Shown one piece after another: positions 34,082 through 44,634 of a DNA stretch of 64,000 bases. The stretch lies in the NCBI GenBank assembly GCA_004431415.1, contig QPMI01000502.1, positions 124,001 to 188,000 of the forward strand. Direction: 5' to 3'. This DNA is from Cyanophora paradoxa CCMP329 (lineage: Eukaryota; Plantae; Glaucophyta). Position 1 is the first letter of the stretch, and each line of letters begins with the position of its first letter. Both the position numbers and the translations under genes were made by a program. The notes under the pieces were generated by a model that saw only the letters and a list, made by a program, of their open reading frames with translations, was not told the origin of the DNA and searched no databases.

Positions 34082-35337
34082 ATGGCTACGGGCTTCGGTA
34101 ATCTTCGGGCTTTCTTTGAGCGCTTGAGCAGCGGCGGCGGCGGCAGCGGAAGCGGCGGCTCGCGCCCGCCACCGAAGAAGAGCGACGAGAAGGTTGCGCC
34201 AGGGCGCTCCGTTGTGGTCTCGGGCGGCGGTCTCGAGGAGATGCTCGACGACGGCCTGCTCCGTATGATTCTGAAGCTGATTTTCAAGCGTTTAGAGGCA
34301 CGCGCTTGCCCTCCTCGAGCCCCGCAGTATTGCGCTCAGGCTTGCTTCAGCCCAAGGACGTCAAGGACGTCGGCCGCCTCGTGCGCGTCAACCGCCACTT
34401 CAACGAGCTCCTCAGCGAGCCGCGCTTTTGGGAGGAGGTGCGGGAGCAGGCCTGTTCACCCATGCAGCCCCCTCTAATTCTGTGTCAAACCTGTGAGCAG
34501 CTCATCAACGAGCGGTTCCCTGAAACCTCTCCCGAATTAATCAGCGCGTATGGAGACAATATGAGAAATTTGTACCTGTCGCTTGGTGCGTGTTGCTGTA
34601 TGCGCTGTACATGCAAGAGCTTCCTGACTCGCGGTTGCTCTGCAGCCCTTCCGCGAGTGCACTTCGCTGCCCGCGATGACATGCAGGTCACGTGGCTAGA
34701 TGGTAATTACTTAAGGCGCATCGAGGACGTCGACCTGGACCACGAGGTTGTAAAGCTCCAATCCGGTGCTCCCCCGTGCTTTCCGTCCAACCTTCTGTCT
34801 CTGACCTAGCCCCTCAGTTTGCTGGCTCGAGCTGAAGGGCGAGATGCGGAAAGTGCTGCGGTGACTTCCGATGGCCTTGAATTTTGCTCACTGCGGATTG
34901 CTCACTGCGCGGCGCAGCGGCTCGTACCGCGCGAGCTGGCGGCTCAAGGTCGAGAAGCGGGCCGTCCTCGACGTCGTCACGTTCGCCGTGGACCTGCCGA
35001 GCGGAGCCGGGACGGGGTGGGCCCCTCGACTCTCCTCGGCGATCGCCGCGTCTCCCCTCATCAGTGCCACTTGCAGGGCGATGCGGCGGTGGGGCGAGGG
35101 CGAGTACGGCCAAGTGGGGGGCACGGGCTGGTTCGATCTGGTGGTGGGGACCGTACGCGTGGACGCGCCGAGCACAACGCTGCAGTACTCGCTCAAGGCG
35201 GTCGAGCAGATGTGGTGCGTGCTGACCCCGCCCGGCGGCCGCCAACGCGCCGGCCACACTCGCTGATCGCTGCATTGCGTTGCAGGTGGAAGTCTGGCAT
35301 AAGCTTTGACTGCTTCCGCCTGGAGCCCTGCGCCTAG
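34082..35337 (+). CDS. F-box protein with C-terminal PP2 (phloem protein 2)-like lectin domain
   Basis: F-box-like LDDGLLRMILKLIFKRLE|PKDV..LVRVNRHFNELLSEPRFW; PP2-like ARDDMQVTW..Y, VVKLQS|VCWLELKG, YRASWRLK, GWFDLVVG, WKSGISFDCFRLEP. Confidence 0.7.
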
Positions 35338-35577
35338 CGATATCATTGCCAACCTGTGCAGCCCTGCCCACATGTACAGAGCGCAGAATTCAAGGGAACG
35401 CTGTAATGGTTCAATAACAGATGAAGCCTATTCGACCACGCAATTATGAGAGAGGACAGGAAGGTTGGGAGGGGGGGACCTAGCTGAAAATGAAAAAACC
35501 CGTGCCATGAAATAGGACTGTTACACGCTGGGGCGCCGGGGGGCGCCCAGTTCGAGGAAAGAGGGAAAGGAGCGGTG

Positions 35578-38240
35578 TCACCAGAAGCTCTGGCTGTGCC
35601 TGAGGTACCAGAAGGCGTCCTTCTTCTCCGCCGGCACCGCCTGGACCTCGACCAGCCGCCCGTTCTGCCGCGCCCCGACGCTCGGCGCCGCCCCCGGCGC
35701 CGGCGGGCGGGGGCGGGCCGGGGGGGCAGACCTTGTACACTTTCCTGTAGACGATCTCCTCGGCCTTGGAGCGCCGCTTCGAGGGCCGCGCCGCCGCCCG
35801 CTTCCGCTTCACCGGCGCCGGCGCCTCCTCCTCCTCCTCTTCGTCGTCCGCCCAGGCGTCTGCGGGGACCGCCGCCGTCAGCGGCGCCGCGGCCGCCAGC
35901 GCGGGGCGGGCCGCCGCACCACGGATGTCGTCGTCGTCGTCCGCTGCGGCGCGGCGGCGAGGCGGGGTGGCGGTGACCTGCGGGGGCCCAGGGGCGTGAG
36001 CTGGGCGGGGCGGCGGGGGCGGGCGGCGGGGGCGGCGGGGGCGCACGACCTCGTCGTCGAAGCCGTCGAGGTTGATGTCGCTCGCGTCGATCTCCAGGTC
36101 CTCGTCCAGCTGCCGCGCCGTCAGCGCAGCGCAGCGCGGGCGGCGGGCGGCCGCGGCGCACCGCCTTCGGGGCCTGCCGCGGCCGGCCGCGCGGCTTCGG
36201 CTCCTTGGGCTCCTTCCGCTTGGGGGAGGCGGCGGGGGACGGGGAGAGCCGCGCGGCGGAGGCGGCCTCGCGCGGGCGCGGCGAGGGCGCCGGCTTCTCC
36301 TCCTCCTCGTCCTTGTACAGGCTCCCGAAGAGGCCCTTGAGCTGCGGCTCCCGCGCCCTGCTCTGGCTGGCCCCGGCGCCGCCCAGGCTCCCGCTCCCGT
36401 TCCCGTTGTCGCCGGTGCGGACAGCGACGCCGCTGCCGCGGAGGGAGCCGCGCCCGTCCTCGCTGCCGCTGCCGCTCTCGTAGCGGCGGTTGGTGAGGTC
36501 GGCCGTGCCGCCGAGCGAGGTCACACCGGCCTCGCGCGCGAGGGAGCGCCGCGTGAGGAGGAAGCCGCCCGAGGCGGACGAGGAGGAGCGGCGGTCCCGC
36601 GTGCGGGCGCCGACGACTGCCGTCCCCCGCTCCACCGCCTCGTCCGGGTCCATCCCGTGTATCGCCGCCGACCTCCGCAGCAGCGTCTCCCGGATCTTCG
36701 CCTTGTGCGCCTCGCTCAGCTTCCTGCCCCCGCGTGCCTCAGCCGCCGCACCACGGGGCGGGGCCGGCGGGACGCCGCACCGGCCGATGCCCTTGCCCGC
36801 CATGCCCGCGGCGTGCTTGGCGCGGTACTCGGGGTCCTGCCACCGAGCCCGGATCGATTCCTGCCACGCGCCTTAGATTGGGGGCGGACCGCGGTGGGGC
36901 GGCGCGCTTGAACCCGAAGCTTAGCCCTTGTCTCCTCGGACATGTGCGTTGCCCCGCGGCGGGAGGCCGTCGGCGGGGCGTTGCTGGCGAGGCGCCGCTC
37001 GAGCGCGATGACGCGGTCGGCGTCCAGGGGGCGCGGGTAGCTGCCGTAGACCCCCGAGCAGCAGGACGGGGGCACCAGGAGCGGCATTGCGGACTGCAGC
37101 CCCGCCGCGAACGCGAGCTCTCCCGCCTCCTGTATCTCCCTCACGAGGTGCCGGCGCGCCTCCATCTCCCGCTGCCGCACCTCCTCCCGCTCCTCCCGCA
37201 GCCGCGCCCGCTCCTCGGGGAACCCGTACCTTCCGAGGCAAGGGTCAGAGGCCATGCCCGATCCGCGCCGAGCCGCGACAGACCTCTTTACTCGCGCGGC
37301 CACTATCTTCGCCTGCACATCGGGGTCATGCAAGCGCTCCTTTATCTTCTCTTTCGTCTCCGGCTTGTGCTTCTTCCCTAGCTGGTTCTGACGCATCTTC
37401 GCGATCATCTGCTCGATGTAAGAGGACTCCGCAGAAGCGGCAACACGCCACGCACGCCGGGCTTCTGCATGGCCGCACGAGTCGCCTCCGCGATCTTCCT
37501 CTTGGTCTCCTCGCTGTGCTTCCTTCCTTTATTCCACGGCGTCTTGCCCTATCGCGGTACACAGCGTTCAGGATTGCGCGGCAAGGGAAGAAGGAAGACG
37601 GAGGAACCTTGTTGGCAGCGGAGATCTTCGCCTTGCTTTCGTCCGTGTGAGGGAAGCCATTGTTTACAGTTCGAGGCCTTCCCGAAACTGGCCAGAGAGA
37701 ACGGTCGGCGGAAAGATCAGAGGCGCTGTCAGGCTCTGCAGACGCCGGGGCACCGCATAGGACGCATAGAATCACTGTTAGCCGATGCAAGTAGACAGCA
37801 ACGGCAGCTATGCGCAGGAAGCCGGAGGGAACGAACGATCAAGATCGGCAGCGCTCTCAAGGATGTTGAGATACTCGTCGCCGAAGTCCGTGCGGGCAAG
37901 GCGCGGGGCAAGAGAAGGTGTAATCGTGATTGGGCGCTGCGTATGAACTGAGTGCTGGGCAGGCGAAGGGCGCGCGACCCGCGCATCACACCTGCACTTC
38001 TGAGGCGACGATAGCGAAGACGTCGAACGGACGAGGGCTCTCATAGCTGAAAGAGAAAGTTTTCCTCCTTTGCACCCTGTCCTGATGTGCGTCTGACGAC
38101 GTCCTTGCCCACGGCGATCGGCGCAGGAGGGATGATCGCTGGCCGCAGAAGCCGCTGAACTGGACGCCGACAGGCCCCGGTCGCAAGAGTGGCGCAGCTG
38201 TGAATGCTTGGAGCGCATCGGATCCCTGGGCGGGAGACAT
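35578..38240 (-). CDS. Putative plastid-targeted NUMOD3-repeat nucleic-acid-binding protein with AT-hook-like motif
   Basis: GFPHTDESKAKISAAN, PWNKGRKHSEETKRKI, GKKHKPETKEKI, HMSEETRAKL, RKLSEAHKAKI; KPRGRPR; transit-like N-terminus MSPAQGSDALQAFTAAP. Confidence 0.75.
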
Positions 38241-38373
38241 CGGTCTGTGCGGAGCGCCGGCCAGATATTCCGAACTGCAGGTCGGCGAGAACCTCCGATG
38301 CGCCTCAGCAATTCCTCCACTACTCGGCGCTGCTCGCGGCGCCGCGCCCGTGCGCTCAGCTACGCAGCAGCGG
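38107..38373. repeat. ~267-bp direct repeat, copy 1 (5' region and first exon of the NUMOD3 gene)
   Basis: Aligns base by base with 43465-43731, roughly 90% identical by eye. Confidence 0.95.
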
Positions 38374-38568
38374 CCGCTCCGAGGGGTACAGTCGCGGGCT
38401 TTCGTAGGGGTACAAGCGTCCGGCTGAGCTCGCGTCCGGCTTCCCGCTGTAGACTTTAGCATCTCGTTAGATTAGTACGAATCGTAGGCGATCGGCCCGG
38501 GGGCTTCGAGTCACGCGACGCGCGGTTGCCTGGCCCTTTGGCCGAGTCATTCATCCTTTTGGCGTGCG

Positions 38569-41500
38569 ATGGACGGGTTGAATATGCTCGCTGCATCTCC
38601 CGATCCAAGCGCCACCGCAGCAGGCGCCCGAGTCGCTTGCGCTCAGCCCTCGACCAGCGCTAGCGCGGGCTTCCCTGCACCCGCATCCGCGACTGCGCCG
38701 ACGGGCTCCCCTCTTCCTGTCGCGGCTCCGGCAGCCACGCCCGAAGTCCCGAAAGAAAGCGAGTACGAGCGCCTGTGGAAACAAGTGACTGGAAATCCGG
38801 CGGAGTTTCAGACCTGGACAAACCTCATCCAGATCACAGAACGTGAGGTTTGCGGAACCCCCTGCAACCCCTTCGTCACGCGCTGAGCGCCGCCTCCACA
38901 CGCCCCCCGTACGCAGCAAGACAACACGGAGAAGTTGAGAAAGGTGTATGATGCGTTTCTGAACGAATACCCGCTCTGCTATGGCTACTGGAAGAAGTAT
39001 GCGGACTTAGAGCTCAAGAAGGGCTTTCCCGATCGCACGCGCGACGTGTACGAGCGCGGCGTCGCTGGCATTCCTCATTCCGTTGATCTCTGGACGCACT
39101 ATTGCACGTTCGTCCTTGAGCGCGGCGACCCAGAGGATGCCGTTCGCAAGTGCGTTCCGTTCGCGGCCATCGCCCCCTGCGCGACCTCCGCAGTTCCTTT
39201 TCCCCCTCCTTTGCTTGCAGTCTATAGATGGCGCTTTACATTAGATCGTCAGCTTCTTTCTTGCCACAACTGTGCACCTCTGCTGTTCTTTTCTTCCGTC
39301 CGTACCTTCGCGCATGGCGCCGTGCACATTATCGCCACCGCCTCTCTTCAGTTTGTCGCTTTTCCCGGCTTTGGAGTCCCTCCGTGCACTTCACGCGGCT
39401 GTCGCCCGTGTACTCCGCGTGCGCCTTCTCTCCCCGCACCGACGCCGTGCGCCCCGCAGCCTTTTCGAGCGCGGGGCGAAGCAAGTGGGGACGGACTACC
39501 TCGGCCACCTGTTCTGGGACAAGTACCTGGAGTTCGAGATCGGACGGGAACGCTACCCCCACGCAGGCCCGTCGCCCCTCCCGGCCCCGGCCCCCGCCCG
39601 GCCCCCTCCCCCCGCCGCTCCCCTCTGATCGCTGCCCCGCAGCCTCGATCTACTACCGCGTCCTGCAGATCCCCCTCGCGCAGCTGGATCGCTACTGGGA
39701 GCGGTGAGAGCTCGTTTGCGGGGCCGAGGGGGCGGGGGCGGGGCGGCGAGCGGGCGGGGGCGCAGGTTCCAGGTGTTCGCGCAGACGCGGGCGACGTGGG
39801 AGCTGCTGACGGCGGAGGAGGAGCTGGCGTTCCAGCCGCCGCAGGCGGGCGAGGAGGCCGGCCTCGAGGACGGGGAGGCCCTCCCCACGGGCGACGCCCT
39901 CGAGGCCGAGAAGCGCGAGCGGCTGATGCAGGCGCGCGAGATGATGTACCGCGCCGCCGCCGAGGAGCGCGCCCGCCGCCTCCCCTTCGAGCAGGCCGTG
40001 CGCGCCCCGTCCCGGCGCGCCCAGCCACCCGCGCCGACGCTGCGCGCCCCCGCGGCGCAGATCAAGCGACCGTACTTCCACTTTAAGGCGCTGGACGACG
40101 CGCAGCTGACGAACTGGCGGAAGTGAGCGTGCCCCGCGCGCCCCGGGGCCCGAGCGCCGAGGCGGGCCGCGCGGCAGGTACCTCGACTTCGAGGAGAAGG
40201 AGGAGGACTTTGCGCGCGCGCGGAAGCTCTACGAGCGCTGCATCATCCCCTGCGTGCGCCCCGCCTCGGCCCTGCCCTCGACACGGCGCCCCTTGAGCGA
40301 AGCCGGGCAGGCGAACTACCCGGAGTTCTGGCACCGGTACGGGGAGTGGCTGGACGCGGCGGGCGAGCGGAAGGAGGCGCTGGAGGTGTACAGGAGGGCG
40401 GCCACCGTCTTCCTCCGCCGCCGCCCCGAGATGCTCCTCACGTACGCGGCCGAGGCCGAGGCCCGGGGCGAGCCGCAGCGGGCGCGGGAGACGTACGAGC
40501 GGCTGGGCGGCGCGGTGGCGCCGGGGCTCGTGGAGGGCGCGCTGCGGTGGGCGAGCTTCGAGCGGCGGCAGGGGCGCACGGCGGAGGCGGCGGCCGTGTA
40601 CGAGGCGGCCCTCGAGCGGGTCATGGGCGAGCCCCGCGCGCACCTCTTCCTCGCCTCCCACGCCGCCCGCTTCTTCCTCCGCGTCCGCCCCGTCCCGCCC
40701 ATTCGCCGCGCCGCGCGGCCCTCGGCCCGAGCCCCGTGCCTCGCGTCGCAGCACCTCAAGGACGTGGAGCGGGCGCGGGGCGCGCTGGAGTGCGCGCTGG
40801 TGCGGGCGCCCGAGATGCGCGCCGGCTGGGATGCCCTCGTCGAGCTCGAGTCGGCCCTGCTCCCAGGCGCGCCCCGCCGCAGCCGCAGCCGCGCCGGCCT
40901 CGGCCTCGCCGCCTGACGCCCCCTCGCCGCAGCGCCGGAGGCGGAGCGGCAAGTGCGCTCCGTCTACGAACGCGCCGTGGCGCCCGAGTCGAGCCTCTCT
41001 CCCGTGCGCCGCCCGCCCCCGGCCGCTCGCCCCCGGCGCGGGAGCGAAGGGGCCCCCGGGCGGGCGCAGGAGGACAAGCTGGACATGTGGCACCGGTATC
41101 TCGAGTTCCTCCACGACTCCGCCGCCTCCATCGCCACGTGCCGCCCCGCGGCCCCCGGCCCCCGCCCCCCGTCCCGCCCCCCCACGCCCCGCCCCCGGCA
41201 GCGTCCACAAGGCGACGGCGGCCTTCAAGAAAGCGCGAGGGGGTGCGCGGGGGAGCGCGGGACGGGAAGCCGCTGGGCAGGCCTCACGTGCCGCCCCGCA
41301 GACCTCGTAGAGCGGCGGAACGCGGAGCTGAGCCGCAAGCGCGCCCTCGACGCCCCCGCCGACGCCGACGAGGTGCGCGCATGGGCGCCCGCGGTGCCCG
41401 CCCGCCCCGCCGCCCTCACACGCCGCCCCGCAGCGCGCGAAGCTCGCGAGGGCGGCGGTGCCGGCGGCAGGGGCCCCGACGGGGGCAGCCCTGCCGGTCC

Positions 41501-41863
41501 TCGTCGGACCACCGCCGCCCTGCCTACCGGTGCGGGCCCGCAGAGCCGCGCGCGCCGCGTGCGCCGCTGACGGCACCGGCGTCGCAGGGGCGGCAGCGCC
41601 GGTGGCCGCCGTGGCCCCGACTGTCGGGAAGCAGCCAGTCCTCACAGCGGCGGCGGTGCAGGCCGCCGCCGTCGCCGCCGCCGCCAACATACGGTCCGGG
41701 CGCCTTTCCCCGCTTTTTGCGCCAGCCTCGTGACGGGCAGCGCGCTGGCAGGCCCGGGGCGGCAGTGCCGCCGGCGAGCGCCCCCTACGGGGCGCCGGCG
41801 GGGACGCAGTACGCGCAGTACGCTCAGCCGGCGACCGCGTCGCCCCAGTACACGTACAGATAG
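38569..41863 (+). CDS. PRP39: Pre-mRNA processing factor 39 (U1 snRNP HAT-repeat protein)
   Basis: [106 protein letters not shown]. Confidence 0.92.
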
Positions 41864-42029
41864 TTAGAGATGCAGAGGGGAGCCCCCTAGGAATAGTAAT
41901 TAAAGAGAGGAGAGGGCAGAAGCTGGCAGGGCGGAGGCTGTGCGTGGACGCCGAGCGCTCTTCGAGACGGCGCGCCCGGCCACAAGGGCGCCAGGGAGCT
42001 CGAGCGGGGCGGGGCGGGGAGGGCGGGCC

Positions 42030-43598
42030 CTAGAGGATGGCGTCGGGGGCCTTGACGCCGGTGATCTTGCGGGCGCGGACCTGCGGCGGGGGCGGGTCAG
42101 CGGGGCCGAGGGGGGTCGAGGGCGGGGTGGGCGCGCGCACCTCGGCCTCCCGAAGGTACTCGGCCATCGCCTGCGCCCGCCGTGGGCGCGGCGCGGCGCG
42201 GCGGGGGCGGCGGGGGCGGGGCGGGGCACCTGCTGGGAGGCGGAGCCGGCCGGCAGGTTGAGGACCGTCGCCTCGAACTTCTTCTCCTGCGGGCGGCGGC
42301 ACGGGGGGCCGGCTTGGCGGGGCGGGGCGAAGCGGGGGGGCGGGGGCACGGGCGGGCGCGCACGACAGCCATGAAGAAGGCGTCCGGGGAGCAGCGGGGC
42401 GCCTTCCCCGTGAGGCCCTCCCGCAGCAGCTCGTCCCACTGCCGCTCGTCCGCTGCCGCCCCCGCCGCGTCGCACGGGGCCGGCGGGCGGGGGCGCGGGG
42501 CGGGGGGTCGGACCGCGGAGGACGTGGTCGAGGAAGGCGGCCTCGGGGGAGAGGAGGGCGGCGCGGGCGTCGGACTCGTCCCCCGCCAGCGAGACCGAGA
42601 TGACGGCCTGCAGGACGCGCTGCAGGATCTCGATCATGTCCTGCATCGCGTCCTTGCTCGCCTTCTGGATCCACGCCCTGCGCTGTCGCGTCGGCGCCGG
42701 CCGGGGCGGGGCGCGCGGGGCGGGCGCGTGTGGCGCGCATGAGGGTCAGGACGAGGGCCTCGTCGAGGTCCGCCCGCCGCGACGCGACCCGCTGCCCCCG
42801 GCTGCCTCAGGGCCCCGCCCGCGGAGAGCGGCGCGGGGCGGGGCGGGGCGCGCCTGGCGGAGGCGAGCGACGCTTTCGTCCGAGAGGGGGAGGACGAACG
42901 AGCCGTCGCCCTCGGCCGCCGAAGCGAGGAAGTCCTGCAAGGTCGAGCGGCTCCGCTTCACTGCCGCCACGCGATTGAGCGGCACCGAAACAGAGAGATT
43001 GACGGCCCACGGGTCGCACTCTCTTCTTGTGCCACTTTGCTGAGGGTCTCCACAATGTTCAACACGCTGCTCGACATTGCCGCTAGCTAACAACCGGTGA
43101 GGAGCGACGGCGGCGCGATAGCATGCGCGACGCGGACCTCTGCGCGCCCCTCCTCGTCAGCCTGCGAAGCAATCTCTGCCACCCGAAGAAAGAAGGCCCG
43201 GTCGTACTTCGCTACTCGGGTGCGGGCGAAGGGGATGAGAACCATCGCAACTATAGCCGGCACATACTCGCACCAAGATCCTGGCTGACTGCGTTCTCCA
43301 GCTCGACCTTGCTCTTTCCACGCAAGTCTTCAATGAGCTTGTCAAGCGCAGGGTTGCTCGCAGGCTGCTGTGCAGCCGAGGCGACCGCTGGGCAAACCCA
43401 GCTCGACGACCGATGGCGTACTGCAGTGAAGCGCCTCGATTGCTGCCGATCCAACGGCGTCTTCGCCCACGGCGACCGGCGCAGGAGGGATGATCGCTGG
43501 GCACAGAAGCCGCTGAACTGGACGCCGACAGGCCCCGGACGCAAGAGTGGCGCAGCTGTGAACGCTTGGAGCGCATCGGATCCCTGGGCGGGAGCCAT
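42030..43598 (-). CDS. Uncharacterised helical protein, probably plastid-targeted
   Basis: Transit-like N-terminus MAPAQGSDALQAFTAAP; exons LDKLIEDLRGK, YDRAFFLRVAEI, AWIQKASKDAMQDMIEILQRVLQ, EKKFEATVLNLPAGS, AMAEYLREAE. Confidence 0.65.
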
Positions 43599-43731
43599 CG
43601 GTCTGTGCGGAGCGCCGGCCAGATATTCCGAACTGCAGATCGGCGAGAGCCTCCGATACGCCTCAGCACTGCCTCCGCTACTCGAAGCTGCTCGCGGCGT
43701 CGCGCTCGTGCGCTTAGCTACGCAGCAGCGG
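43465..43731. repeat. ~267-bp direct repeat, copy 2
   Basis: Same sequence as 38107-38373. Confidence 0.95.
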
Positions 43732-44634
43732 CGCTCCAGCTCGAGGGGTCCCCCCCGTACGGTTGGGGTACAGGTACAGCTTGCGGAAGCGGAGCTAGTA
43801 CGAGCTACGTACCCCAAGTGCCAAGTACCCCAACAAAGCGCCGGCGCCGTCCGCGTAGGCGTAGCCACTGTGGGGCCTCGAACGATCGATCGCGAATCGA
43901 TTTCGATCGCGATGGCGAGCGACACGATCGCGACTCGCGAGTCTCGAAATTTTTGAAATCGATGTTGTTTTTTCTTTTGTTTTTTCTTTATTTTTTGGGT
44001 CTTTTTTAAAACCCTCTTCGAGCGCTCCAAATTGAAGTGACCAGTGACCACACTCCCGAAAAAATGTTTACGTCGTCGACGAAGCCTCACGAAGGGCCGC
44101 GCGATCGACTTCGCGGGCCACAGCGGCCAGTCATCATGAGTGATGTGGGTTTTTTTGCCCGCCGGCGGTCGATCCGGCGGGGCCGCCGATCCAAATTTAA
44201 GCCTGTACCCCACTCATCTTCTTGCGGACATCGACATGCACGCGTACGCGTTCGGAATCTTCGGATAGCTGCGCATGCGGTTCCGGTGCAGCGTCGTCGG
44301 AAGCGCGTCCGAGGTTCTGCATCTATCTCAAACGACTAGACTAGTCTTAGGCGGTGCTAGCGCAGCGGGCGCATGCGCATGCAGGGCGTCGGCACGACTA
44401 CAGATCTAGATCACGCATCATTCGGCCTTTTCGCGATTCGCGCGGCGGTCACCGGCTGCCGGCTGCAGCGGGCGCCGTGCAATATTTAGCGGCGCTGAGC
44501 AGCAGCCGCATTTTATGCGGCAGTTCGCGGCCGCTGGTGGCGTCGCCGTGCGCGCGGAGCACGGCCCGTGAACGCCGACGTCGGCTCTGGCAGGCCGAGC
44601 AGTCGGGCTGCGCATCAGCAGGGGCACTCCAGCA

